Shown here piece by piece: positions 9,049 to 18,053 of a stretch of DNA of 64,000 nt. The stretch lies in sequence record PQ356294.1; one strand, written 5' to 3'. Both the position numbers and the translations under genes were made by a program. The stretch comes from Escherichia phage Ec_YwIITB1. Position 1 is the first letter of the stretch. Each line of letters begins with the position of its first letter. Under the pieces are notes generated by a model. The model did not search any database, was not told the DNA's origin, and saw nothing but the letters and a program-made list of their open reading frames with translations.

Positions 9049-9522
9049 TTATTTGATTTGTTTAGCAGACCAAATGCGGTCTTTAATAATTTTTTGGATG
9101 TCTTCAACATACTCAAGAGAGTGAACATGTGGATTATCTTTGAAACTATAAGCACGGGCTAGCTTTTGGCCTTCGGTTTTGATTACTAAAAGCTCTTTAA
9201 GGATAGCTTCATATTTAGAGATAATTCCTTTAACGATATTTTTTTCTTGTGCAGCTTTAGGATCTGCTTTAGGAGCAGGTTTACCCGAAGCCTTTGCAAA
9301 AGCAGCGCCAGTAGCAACTAAACTTTTCCAGGCCATACTAACTGCATTTCCAGTAAATCCTTCTGCTTTCATGTCGCGAGCAAATTGGAATCGTGATTCG
9401 TCAGAAGCATCTTTATAGGAATATTTACCCGCTGCAATGGCTGCTTTTGCGACAGCTTGAATTTCGGTGCTAGATGCTTCATTTAACACCGCTTCATTTA
9501 AAAATTGAGCATATGATTTCAT
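9049..9522 (-). CDS. internal head protein-like (capsid-targeting-sequence family)
   Basis: N-terminus MKSYAQFLNEAV; AGGAAA RBS; 157 aa. Confidence 0.6.
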   Translation of the reverse strand: MKSYAQFLNEAVLNEASSTEIQAVAKAAIAAGKYSYKDASDESRFQFARDMKAEGFTGNAVSMAWKSLVATGAAFAKASGKPAPKADPKAAQEKNIVKGIISKYEAILKELLVIKTEGQKLARAYSFKDNPHVHSLEYVEDIQKIIKDRIWSAKQIK

Positions 9523-9562
9523 CTTATTTCCTGTTTTAATTCGTGGATTTAATATACTACTG

Positions 9563-9570
9563 TATTTATA
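9563..9570 (-). promoter_or_regulatory. late promoter
   Basis: Minus strand TATAAATA about 40 nt upstream of the ATG at 9522. Confidence 0.5.
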
Positions 9571-9600
9571 CTAAAAAGCCCCAACCTTTCGGTCGGGGCT
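9571..9600 (-). terminator. intrinsic terminator hairpin downstream of the tRNA region
   Basis: agccccaacc-tttc-ggtcggggct hairpin followed on the minus strand by TTTTT; near-copy of the hairpin at 9012..9041. Confidence 0.55.
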
Positions 9601-9916
9601 AAGCCTTGCGGCAACCTTGTCGGGGTTCCACCTGCTAAGGCAAGTGTTTGTACGAAACGCCGGGATTTGAACCCGGTTATTAAGCAGTTGACGCTACTCA
9701 ATATTTTTAAAAGGCCATATCTCAACCATATCCGAACGTTCCGTCAAAAACGCTACTCGGCTTACAGCAAAAATATTTCCTCGAATCGATAATTCTGTGC
9801 GCCGTTTCAGCTGTGATGTAAGGGGACATTAACAGATCGTAAAGATTTGTTAATGCCAGTCCTTACCCAGGGAACATCAGTCCGACGACTTACCGGTAGC
9901 GACCCGGTTTCTTGTT

Positions 9917-9992
9917 TGGTCGAGGCAGTAGGGATCGAACCTACGACCTAGGACTTAGAAGGTCCTTGCTCTTCCTTCTGAGCTATGCCTCG
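9917..9992 (-). tRNA. tRNA-Arg (anticodon UCU)
   Basis: Manual cloverleaf: acceptor CGAGGCA/TGCCTCG, D stem GCTC/GAGC, anticodon loop CTTCTAA, T arm GTAGG-TTCGATC-CCTAC, encoded CCA. Confidence 0.85.
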
Positions 9993-10161
9993 AACCCATG
10001 ACTACGAGAATCACAATCTCGAGTTCTACCAACTGAACTACGGCCACATTAATACCTACTCCAACAATCAAGATGTCTTCACACGAAATTAAGAGAAGAG
10101 TGATCAGTTCAACCCCTATAATCGCGTCAAGTAGATATTAATGTGACAGTTGTCACAAATT
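9993..10161 (-). ncRNA. tRNA-like structured RNA (candidate counterpart of T4 stable RNA species 1/2)
   Basis: The 53 nt next to tRNA-Arg fold as acceptor strand GTGGCCG, D arm GTTC/GAAC, perfect anticodon arm CGAGA-TTGTGAT-TCTCG (GUG) and T-stem 5' strand, then run directly into tRNA-Arg with no T-stem 3' strand or acceptor 3' strand; hairpin tgtgaca/tgtcaca at 10141..10160. Confidence 0.4.
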
Positions 10162-10236
10162 TGGCGGACGTGATAGGATTCGAACCTATAACCAATCGCT
10201 TAACAGGCGATCGCTCTGCCATTGAGCTACACATCC
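10162..10236 (-). tRNA. tRNA-Asn (anticodon GUU)
   Basis: Manual cloverleaf: acceptor GGATGTG/CACGTCC, D arm GCTC-AATGGCA-GAGC, anticodon loop CTGTTAA, T arm ATAGG-TTCGAAT-CCTAT, encoded CCA. Confidence 0.8.
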
Positions 10237-10240
10237 AAAT

Positions 10241-10327
10241 TGGTGGGGAGTGGTGGAGTCGAACCACCCGAGTCGCAATGACAATGGATTTACAGTCCAC
10301 ACCGCTACCTCTACGGGATAACTCCCC
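10241..10327 (-). tRNA. tRNA-Tyr (anticodon GUA), class II with long variable arm
   Basis: Acceptor GGGGAGT/ACTCCCC, anticodon arm GTGGA-CTGTAAA-TCCAT, 15-nt variable arm, T arm GGTGG-TTCGACT-CCACC, encoded CCA. Confidence 0.75.
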
Positions 10328-10340
10328 TTAATTCTTAATT

Positions 10341-10415
10341 TGGTGGCCCTGGGTGGAATTGAACCACCATCTGGCGATTATGAGTCGCTTGCTTGAACCT
10401 TCCAGCTACAGGGCC
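10341..10415 (-). tRNA. tRNA with anticodon CAU (Ile by analogy to T4 tRNA-Ile; Met not excluded)
   Basis: Acceptor GGCCCTG/CAGGGCC, anticodon loop CTCATAA, T arm GGTGG-TTCAATT-CCACC, encoded CCA. Confidence 0.8.
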
Positions 10416-10416
10416 T

Positions 10417-10492
10417 TGGTGCTGATTGACGGAATTGAACCGCCGACCTTCCCATTACAAGTGAGTTGCTCTACCTACTGAGCTAAATCAGC
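10417..10492 (-). tRNA. tRNA-Thr (anticodon UGU)
   Basis: Acceptor GCTGATT/AATCAGC, D arm GCTC-AGTAGGTA-GAGC, anticodon loop CTTGTAA (stem has one mismatch), encoded CCA. Confidence 0.8.
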
Positions 10493-10497
10493 AAAAC

Positions 10498-10587
10498 TGG
10501 CGGAGGCGATAGGATTTGAACCTATGAGTCGCCGGAGCGACTGCCGGTTTTCAAGACCGGTGCATTAAACCACTCTGCCACGCCTCC
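10498..10587 (-). tRNA. tRNA-Ser (anticodon UGA), class II
   Basis: Acceptor GGAGGCG/CGCCTCC, anticodon arm ACCGG-CTTGAAA-CCGGT, long variable arm, T arm ATAGG-TTCAAAT-CCTAT, encoded CCA. Confidence 0.85.
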
Positions 10588-10589
10588 AG

Positions 10590-10663
10590 TCTCCATACAA
10601 GGATTTGAACCTTGGACCTCCTGATCCCAAATCAGGCGCTCTACCAAACTGAGCTACACGGAG
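10590..10663 (-). tRNA. tRNA-Pro (anticodon UGG)
   Basis: Acceptor CTCCGTG/TATGGAG (two G-U pairs), anticodon arm CCTGA-TTTGGGA-TCAGG, T arm CAAGG-TTCAAAT-CCTTG; CCA not encoded. Confidence 0.8.
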
Positions 10664-10673
10664 TAAATTAAAT

Positions 10674-10747
<74 letters not shown>

Positions 10748-10752
10748 AAATT

Positions 10753-10839
10753 TGGTGCGAGAAGTGGGACTCGAACCCACAAGGAAATCATTCCGCAGCA
10801 TTTTAAGTGCTGTGCCTTTACCAATTTGACCATTCTCGC
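10753..10839 (-). tRNA. tRNA-Leu (anticodon UAA), class II
   Basis: Acceptor GCGAGAA/TTCTCGC, anticodon arm CAGCA-CTTAAAA-TGCTG, long variable arm, T arm GTGGG-TTCGAGT-CCCAC, encoded CCA. Confidence 0.85.
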
Positions 10840-10840
10840 G

Positions 10841-10913
10841 CTGGGAATAAAGGACTCGAACCTTTGCATCCTGGAATCAAAATCCAGTGCCTTACCAACT
10901 TGGCTAATTCCCA
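10841..10913 (-). tRNA. tRNA-Gln (anticodon UUG)
   Basis: Acceptor TGGGAAT/ATTCCCA, anticodon arm CTGGA-TTTTGAT-TCCAG, T arm AAAGG-TTCGAGT-CCTTT; abuts tRNA-Leu, CCA not encoded. Confidence 0.8.
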
Positions 10914-10982
10914 ATTATTAACAAAGGCTCTCAAGCAAGAACCCTTGATGATAGAGGGTATTAATCAGTGCGGTATGAGTTA

Positions 10983-11010
10983 ATAATAACAAATAATTCT
11001 TAAAGCATAT
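10983..11010 (-). promoter_or_regulatory. candidate MotA-dependent middle promoter upstream of the tRNA cluster
   Basis: Minus strand aTATGCTTTAa (MotA-box-like) followed 12 nt later by TATTAT, about 70 nt upstream of the tRNA-Gln 5' end. Confidence 0.35.
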
Positions 11011-11017
11011 TTACCAT

Positions 11018-11302
11018 TTATGATAATACATATTTAATGCATTCAAGACCCAAAGGATTCTTGAAAATATCATATTCAAGAGGACCTTTTTCTGTTTCAA
11101 TAAAGAAATCAAAATTTACTGTATTAAATTTACGGTCTTCCTTTACTAATTTAACTTGAGAAGATGAACGGTCAATGTAAACCTTTTCAACTTCAAAATA
11201 TGTTAAAATGCCATAATCATCAATCAAAGCTTTAGCTGCTTCTTGATCATATTTATATCCATTTTCAATGGATGATACTTTCGCATAAAGAATCACTATC
11301 AA
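11018..11302 (-). CDS. hypothetical protein (94 aa)
   Basis: ORF in the tRNA-ipI intergenic accessory region; start overlaps upstream stop. Confidence 0.45.
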   Translation of the reverse strand: MIVILYAKVSSIENGYKYDQEAAKALIDDYGILTYFEVEKVYIDRSSSQVKLVKEDRKFNTVNFDFFIETEKGPLEYDIFKNPLGLECIKYVLS

Positions 11303-11709
11303 CCTCTATCAACAATAACATGAGTATGGGCATTTACAATTTGCCACCAATCGAAACGATTGGAACCATAATCTGGTTTATTTTCATTTTCTTTAATGAT
11401 ATCACGCAGTTTATCTTCTGTTTCAGCATACGCAATTAAATCATCATATCCACCACAAGGATAATAATTATCACCTGCGAATAAAAGAAAATTTACCTTA
11501 GATGGATTTACGTAATAATGGTCTTTAGGATATTTAGTTCCTCTCCAATCAATTACTTCAACATAACGATAAGAAAATCCATTTTTACTTTCAATCCAAC
11601 TCCACGCTTCAAAAGGAGTATTAAAAACTTTATCAGGTATTAAATTACCTTCAAAATGAGAAGGATTTGCATAATCCCCAGCATAAACATAGTATTCGTT
11701 AATACTCAT
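11299..11709 (-). CDS. hypothetical protein
   Basis: ORF track 11299..11748; probable ATG (MSINEYYVYAGDY...) at 11709 immediately after the upstream stop. Confidence 0.5.
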   Translation of the reverse strand: MSINEYYVYAGDYANPSHFEGNLIPDKVFNTPFEAWSWIESKNGFSYRYVEVIDWRGTKYPKDHYYVNPSKVNFLLFAGDNYYPCGGYDDLIAYAETEDKLRDIIKENENKPDYGSNRFDWWQIVNAHTHVIVDRG

Positions 11710-11710
11710 A

Positions 11711-11896
11711 CTATTCACCTTTAGAAATTTTATCCATAACAATAGCAATTAAACCAATTAAAAATGCTACTACAAGTGAAAAAACATTTTCTGCCGTAGT
11801 CAATAATCCACATATAAATCCAACAAACATTGAAAAACTGAAAGCGGAAGCAGAAATTGCAATAGCAACATTTCGAATTAATTCACAACGTTTCAT
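11711..11896 (-). CDS. small membrane protein (61 aa)
   Basis: ATG with GAGGAG RBS; hydrophobic segment SAFSFSMFVGFICGLLTT...VVAFLIGLIAIV. Confidence 0.5.
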   Translation of the reverse strand: MKRCELIRNVAIAISASAFSFSMFVGFICGLLTTAENVFSLVVAFLIGLIAIVMDKISKGE

Positions 11897-11916
11897 TTTA
11901 TTCTCCTCGGTAGTTG

Positions 11917-11954
11917 ATAGGGTAATAGTATCACAACTAAAACCCTATGTAAAC
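11917..11954 (-). promoter_or_regulatory. T4-type early promoter with stem-loop (PeSL-like module, copy A)
   Basis: Minus strand AT-rich upstream region, GTTTAC-N18-TACTAT; inverted repeat ataggg/ccctat encloses the -10; shares a 32-nt identical segment with copy B. Confidence 0.55.
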
Positions 11955-11966
11955 AACTTTGTGAAA

Positions 11967-12224
11967 TTATTTTAAATCTTCTAATCGTTTCTTCATCTTA
12001 GAACCATTTTTAGCAATTTCTCCTGCATCGGAGCATAACGCTAAAAGTGCTTTAACTTTAGTTTGGTCTCCTTTAAAAGATGAAGGATTGACCGCAGCAG
12101 CAAGTTCTTTAATACGAGAGAAAAGACGCTCAGCTTCAGCTAAAGCCATTCCAAGCTTTACTTCCATACCGTGGGAAGATTCAGTGATAGTAGTTTTTGT
12201 AGCAAACTCTTTGAAAGTTTTCAT
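11967..12224 (-). CDS. internal protein I-like small capsid-targeted protein
   Basis: 85 aa, N-terminus MKTFKEFATK...TE resembles the internal-protein targeting sequence; sits where ipI sits in T4 (between tRNAs and 57B). Confidence 0.55.
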   Translation of the reverse strand: MKTFKEFATKTTITESSHGMEVKLGMALAEAERLFSRIKELAAAVNPSSFKGDQTKVKALLALCSDAGEIAKNGSKMKKRLEDLK

Positions 12225-12244
12225 TTTATTTTCCTAATTAATTT

Positions 12245-12284
12245 TGATGAGGTAATAGTATCACTACCTCATCAGCATGTAAAC
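12245..12284 (-). promoter_or_regulatory. T4-type early promoter with stem-loop (PeSL-like module, copy B)
   Basis: Minus strand GTTTAC-N18-TACTAT; perfect 10-bp inverted repeat tgatgaggta/tacctcatca with the -10 in the loop. Confidence 0.55.
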
Positions 12285-12296
12285 AACTTTGTGAAA

Positions 12297-12981
<685 letters not shown>

Positions 12982-12982
<1 letters not shown>

Positions 12983-13707
12983 TATAGTACCTTTAGTGTA
13001 TTTTTAATTTTAGAAAAAAGTTCTTCAAGAGAACCATCGTTTGTAATTACTAAATCGCCATCACGAATTGGCAATCCAGCTTCTGTAATATGTGTATCAT
13101 TGGATTTTTGACCAGGACGAACTACATGAATTACTGTAGCACCCATCGCCCTAGCCGCATCCATTTCATGATCTTGACGGGTATCAGGAACGATATAATA
13201 ATCATAACCTGAGTTAAATTTATCAAGATAATCTAAAGCAAATAATTTTACCCAATACATGCGGTCGAAGTTATTAACAATCAAATCCGTACCTAGGGCT
13301 TGCATCAGACGACGGATTGACCATTGATCTTCAATATTATTTATAACGTCAGCAATCTTGTTAAATGCTACGAAATTAATTGATTCTTTTCCTTCGTCGT
13401 CAAAAACAAACACACCTTTAATCGGGCTTTTACTATTAAGATAGCAAAATGCTTGTTCCATAATCGTAATTACTTCTAATTTAGTCAGATTTAAATTAGT
13501 CTCACGATCATAGTCAATTCCTTCAAACTCTCTACGAGTTAAGCAAGGATAGTCAGTGTTTGCTGCAAATACACCCCATGCATAGGCCAATGCATCCTTA
13601 ATAGGACCAGCAAGTTGATATTTAACTGCAGAATAATTATTCATGATAAAATCTGCAGTAGTATCTTTTCCACTACGCTTTACACCACTTAAAAAGATCA
13701 GTTTCAT
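12982..13707 (-). CDS. 1: deoxynucleoside monophosphate kinase
   Basis: 241 aa, MKLIFLSGVKRSGKDT P-loop; matches T4 gp1 in length and N-terminus. Confidence 0.95.
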
Positions 13708-13756
13708 ATGTTTCTCCTCAAATTTAGTTAAGATTATAACACATGAAACTGAAGCA

Positions 13757-14287
13757 TTAAACTTCTGCTATAATTTTACCATCTTTTTCTACTTGAAAAT
13801 ACGTATAAGGAATCGTTGCTGTGCATACTAAGGCTGGGTCTGAATCTTCCGTGTAGCTAAATTCTACTTCAGACAGGTCAGAAACCCAAGGCTTATAAAA
13901 ATTTATTGACATCACGATTTCAGTTTTGCTATTATCTAAAATGTAAAGCGTAATGTATTCAGGACCTGTTTTTTGGGCAGTATTTTCGCCTGTAAGATAG
14001 TTACTAGTTCCTAGCATCCATTCATACATTCCTATCCACGACTTAAGCTCTTCGTCAACTATAAATCTCACGATGAGTGGATCGTATTCAAATGTAACTC
14101 CTGGACGTTGTGCTCTGCCTAGTCCAAACGGCCCAGTCACGGTATCAGTAACAGGTATCCTAATTCCTGGAATAGGAACTGACTGAGCATTTAAAGTAAA
14201 AGCAGATGTAGTATTACTATGTGGTATTGATACTACAAAGTTAGTTGTATTTGCTTGGTTAAAAATTTGTTGCAGTGCTTGCGACAT
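13757..14287 (-). CDS. 3: gp3 tail completion and sheath stabilizer
   Basis: ORF track begins at TTG 14368; ATG (MSQALQQIFNQ...) at 14287 gives 176 aa, the T4 gp3 length. Confidence 0.85.
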   Translation of the reverse strand: MSQALQQIFNQANTTNFVVSIPHSNTTSAFTLNAQSVPIPGIRIPVTDTVTGPFGLGRAQRPGVTFEYDPLIVRFIVDEELKSWIGMYEWMLGTSNYLTGENTAQKTGPEYITLYILDNSKTEIVMSINFYKPWVSDLSEVEFSYTEDSDPALVCTATIPYTYFQVEKDGKIIAEV

Positions 14288-14393
14288 ATATTCCTCATAA
14301 TGCTTTATAAATGTTGGTGGTATAATGGGTCTAAGTCCCTTCCATTCAATTCCAATTAGAACAAACAATAGAAAAGAATGGAAGATAATAGAA

Positions 14394-15218
14394 TTAGATA
14401 TTTGACCAGACTTTGTTTGCAGAGAAACGTTTTCCTTTTGAAACGAACTGCTGAAGCGGCATTAATACAACGTTCGCCCAGTCTTTCGGGGCGATTTCAA
14501 CGAGGCTACCCATAATATTACCGGGGATATATGCCTTAATCATTTGGTCTGCACCCCTAAATCCTTTCACTTGACTCCAATCAATTTTTAATTTCGTTTT
14601 ATTAGTAATAGTAGGTGTATTTGAATATTGCTTTAAAAGCTCTTCTAGAAATTGCTGACGAGCTTTAGGTGGAATATAGTGCAAGTTCAATCCATACATT
14701 AAATTATGTTTACCTAAACCAAGGTAAATTATCAAAGGAAATTTATCCCAGTAAGGAAGAGTTTCCTTGTGTTTAGCATCATAAGCAAAAGCATATATTC
14801 GTCCCGGCTGCGGGCGAACAACTTTATGTCCTTTTACTTGCTTAATAGTTTCAGCAAACCACTTTCTGGTTTTATTATTAATTGCTGCACCTTCATTACG
14901 AATTTTATCACGCAATGTTTGCCTGAATGAATTTATCATAAGCAGTTGTCTTTCTTGCTTATTGAGTTTATTCATTGGTTTTGATTCAAGCTTTTGAATC
15001 TTTTCAGCTGTTTTAATTCCTGAAGCATATTTTGACATTGCTGAAGTAAACGTAGAGTATTTGATTCCTCTTTCTTCAGCAAATTGCTTTCCTGTCATTC
15101 CTTTTGCTTTGGCCTTTTTATATTCAAGACCTATCTGAATCCATTTCTTTTCGTTTAATGATTGCTTAACCTTTGGAACTTGGGGAGTGCTTTCATTAAT
15201 TATTTGAAAAATAGCCAT
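14394..15218 (-). CDS. 2: gp2 DNA end protector protein
   Basis: 274 aa, same length and position as T4 gp2. Confidence 0.85.
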   Translation of the reverse strand: MAIFQIINESTPQVPKVKQSLNEKKWIQIGLEYKKAKAKGMTGKQFAEERGIKYSTFTSAMSKYASGIKTAEKIQKLESKPMNKLNKQERQLLMINSFRQTLRDKIRNEGAAINNKTRKWFAETIKQVKGHKVVRPQPGRIYAFAYDAKHKETLPYWDKFPLIIYLGLGKHNLMYGLNLHYIPPKARQQFLEELLKQYSNTPTITNKTKLKIDWSQVKGFRGADQMIKAYIPGNIMGSLVEIAPKDWANVVLMPLQQFVSKGKRFSANKVWSNI

Positions 15219-15670
15219 TATGCCCCCTTAAAGCCAAGAGCTCGTAATCCATCTTCTGTTAAAATTCTAAATTTTATTCCACGCTTTTCAGCTAAAGCTT
15301 GTGCTGCTTTCCATTTGTCAGTATTAACGGAATATGTATAAATTTCATTCATAAATCTTTTCTTCGCTGCAGTTGTTAGATGTGCTGGTTTAACTGGTGG
15401 TTGTGTTTCTTTTTTAGGTTTTATTTCAATAAAAAATTCTTGTCCAGAAGAATCTTTCATCCAAATATCCATGAAGTATCTACGTTTTTTCCCTTCTGCA
15501 TTACAAAAATAAGGAATTACTGCTGTTTCACTACCCCATGCAATAATTTCTGGATTTTTATCTAACCATTCAAAAAAGAATTTTTCCCAATTTGATCTAT
15601 ACGTAATTTTTTTAGGGTCACCTCTATATTTTGATATATTTTTAGGAACCCATTTTCCAGAATATGCCAT
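15218..15670 (-). CDS. 4: gp4 head completion protein
   Basis: 150 aa, same length and position as T4 gp4; ATG overlaps gp2 stop. Confidence 0.85.
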   Translation of the reverse strand: MAYSGKWVPKNISKYRGDPKKITYRSNWEKFFFEWLDKNPEIIAWGSETAVIPYFCNAEGKKRRYFMDIWMKDSSGQEFFIEIKPKKETQPPVKPAHLTTAAKKRFMNEIYTYSVNTDKWKAAQALAEKRGIKFRILTEDGLRALGFKGA

Positions 15671-15681
15671 TGGATTCTCCT

Positions 15682-15689
15682 TATAAATA
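15682..15689 (+). promoter_or_regulatory. late promoter for gene 53
   Basis: TATAAATA 29 nt upstream of the gene 53 ATG. Confidence 0.6.
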
Positions 15690-15696
15690 GATAATA

Positions 15697-15704
15697 TATT
15701 TATA
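15697..15704 (-). promoter_or_regulatory. late promoter for gene 4 (divergent)
   Basis: Minus strand TATAAATA 27 nt upstream of the gene 4 ATG. Confidence 0.55.
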
Positions 15705-15717
15705 AACAGGAGGGCCC

Positions 15718-16308
15718 ATGCTCTTTACATTTTTTGATCCGATTGAATATGCGGCCAAAACGGTGAATAAAAACGCGCCGACTATTCCTATGACAGATAT
15801 TTTTAGAAACTATAAAGGTTATTTCAAACGTGCTCTTGCGGGGTACCGCTTACGTACTTATTATATTAAAGGTTCACCGCGCCCGGAAGAATTAGCAAAT
15901 GCTATATATGGAAATCCGCAGTTGTATTGGGTTTTATTGATGTGTAATGATAATTATGATCCGTATTATGGATGGATTACTTCGCAAGAAGCTGCTTATC
16001 AAGCATCTATACAAAAATACAAAAATATAGGTGGAGACCAAATAGTATATCATGTGAATGAGAACGGTGAAAAATTTTATAATTTAATATCATACGATGA
16101 TAATCCACATATTTGGTACGATAAAGGTGATAAAGCTAGAAAATATCCTCAGTATAAAGGTGCACTTGCCGCAGTCGATACGTATGAAGCTTCTGTTCTT
16201 GAAAATGAAAAACTTCGTCAAATAAAAATAATAGCAAAATCAGACATTAATTCATTTATGAACGACCTTATGCGTATAATGGAGAAATCTTATGGAAATG
16301 ATAAGTAA
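15718..16308 (+). CDS. 53: gp53 baseplate wedge protein
   Basis: 196 aa, MLFTFFDPIEYAAKTVNKNAPTIPMTD matches T4 gp53. Confidence 0.95.
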   Translation: MLFTFFDPIEYAAKTVNKNAPTIPMTDIFRNYKGYFKRALAGYRLRTYYIKGSPRPEELANAIYGNPQLYWVLLMCNDNYDPYYGWITSQEAAYQASIQKYKNIGGDQIVYHVNENGEKFYNLISYDDNPHIWYDKGDKARKYPQYKGALAAVDTYEASVLENEKLRQIKIIAKSDINSFMNDLMRIMEKSYGNDK

Positions 16309-18019
16309 TAACCTTAATTGGTTTGTTGGTGTTGTTGAAGATAGAATGGACCCATTAAAATTAGGTCGTGTTCGTGTTCGTGTAGTTGGTCTGCATCCAC
16401 CTCAAAGAGCACAAGGCGATGTAATGGGTATTCCAACTGATAAATTACCGTGGATGTCAGTTATTCAACCCATAACTTCCGCAGCAATGTCTGGAATTGG
16501 AGGCTCCGTTACTGGTCCGGTGGAAGGAACTAGAGTCTATGGTCATTTTTTAGACAAATGGAAAACTAACGGAATTGTCCTTGGCACGTATGGCGGAATA
16601 GTTCGTGAAAAACCTAATAGACTTGAAGGATTTTCTGATCCGACTGGACAGTATCCTAGACGTTTAGGAAATGATACTAACGTATTAAACCAAGGCGGAG
16701 AAGTAGGATATGATTCGTCTTCTAATATTATCCAAGATAGCAATCTAGATACTGCGATAAATCCTGATGATAGACCACTATCAGAGATTCCAACTGATGA
16801 TAATCCAAATATGTCAATGGCTGAAATGCTTCGCCGCGATGAAGGATTAAGACTAAAGGTTTATTGGGATACTGAAGGATATCCGACAATTGGTATTGGT
16901 CATCTTATCATGAAGCAGCCAGTTCGTGATATGACTCAAATTAATAAAGTTTTATCAAAACAAGTTGGTCGTGAAATTACCGGAAATCCGGGTTCTATTA
17001 CAATGGAAGAAGCAGTAACTTTATTTGAACGTGATTTGGCTGATATGCAACGTGACATTAAATCACATTCTAAAGTTGGCCCAGTTTGGCAAGCAGTTAA
17101 TCGTTCTCGTCAAATGGCATTAGAAAATATGGCATTTCAGATGGGCGTTGGTGGTGTAGCTAAATTTAACACAATGTTAACTGCTATGTTAGCCGGAGAT
17201 TGGGAAAAAGCATATAAAGCTGGTCGTGATTCATTGTGGTATCAACAAACAAAAGGCCGTGCATCTCGTGTTACCATGATTATTCTTACAGGTAATTTGG
17301 AATCATACGGTATTGAAGTGAAAACACCGTCTAGGTCTTTGTCAGCAATGGCTGCTACTGTAGCAAAGTCTTCTGATCCAGCTGATCCTCCTATTCCGAA
17401 TGATTCGAGAATTTTATTTAAAGAACCTGTTTCTTCATATAAAGGTGAATATCCGTATGTTCACACAATGGAAACTGAAAGCGGTCATATTCAGGAATTT
17501 GATGATACCCCTGGGCAAGAACGATACAGATTAGTTCATCCGACTGGAACATATGAGGAAGTATCGCCCTCAGGAAGAAGAACAAGAAAAACTGTTGATA
17601 ATTTGTATGATATAACAAATGCTGATGGTAATTTTTTGGTAGCCGGTGATAAAAAGACTAACGTCGGTGGGTCAGAAATTTATTACAACATGGATAATCG
17701 TCTTCACCAAATAGATGGAAGCAATACAATATTTGTACGTGGCGATGAAACTAAGACGGTTGAAGGTAATGGAACTATCCTAGTCAAAGGTAATGTTACT
17801 ATTGTAGTTGAAGGTAATGCTGACATTACAGTTAAAGGAGATGCTACTACTTTAGTTGAAGGAAACCAGACTAATACAGTAAATGGAAATCTTTCTTGGA
17901 AAGTTGCTGGGACAGTTGATTGGGACGTTGGTGGTGATTGGACGGAAAAAATGGCATCTATGAGTTCTATTTCATCTGGTCAATACACAATTGATGGATC
18001 GAGGATTGACATTGGCTAA
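16292..18019 (+). CDS. 5: gp5 baseplate hub and tail lysozyme (cell-puncturing device)
   Basis: 575 aa; internal lysozyme domain MAEMLRRDEGLRLKVYWDTEGYPTIGIGHL paralogous to e; C-terminal VxGxxxxx beta-helix repeats. Confidence 0.95.
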   Translation: MEMISNNLNWFVGVVEDRMDPLKLGRVRVRVVGLHPPQRAQGDVMGIPTDKLPWMSVIQPITSAAMSGIGGSVTGPVEGTRVYGHFLDKWKTNGIVLGTYGGIVREKPNRLEGFSDPTGQYPRRLGNDTNVLNQGGEVGYDSSSNIIQDSNLDTAINPDDRPLSEIPTDDNPNMSMAEMLRRDEGLRLKVYWDTEGYPTIGIGHLIMKQPVRDMTQINKVLSKQVGREITGNPGSITMEEAVTLFERDLADMQRDIKSHSKVGPVWQAVNRSRQMALENMAFQMGVGGVAKFNTMLTAMLAGDWEKAYKAGRDSLWYQQTKGRASRVTMIILTGNLESYGIEVKTPSRSLSAMAATVAKSSDPADPPIPNDSRILFKEPVSSYKGEYPYVHTMETESGHIQEFDDTPGQERYRLVHPTGTYEEVSPSGRRTRKTVDNLYDITNADGNFLVAGDKKTNVGGSEIYYNMDNRLHQIDGSNTIFVRGDETKTVEGNGTILVKGNVTIVVEGNADITVKGDATTLVEGNQTNTVNGNLSWKVAGTVDWDVGGDWTEKMASMSSISSGQYTIDGSRIDIG

Positions 18020-18053
18020 TATACTTCCAATGAGCGCTGATTTAGGAGAATCC

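Noticed and set aside
9993-10060. A complete functional tRNA-His
   Set aside because: D arm and anticodon arm are perfect but there is no T-stem 3' strand or acceptor 3' strand; the sequence runs directly into tRNA-Arg
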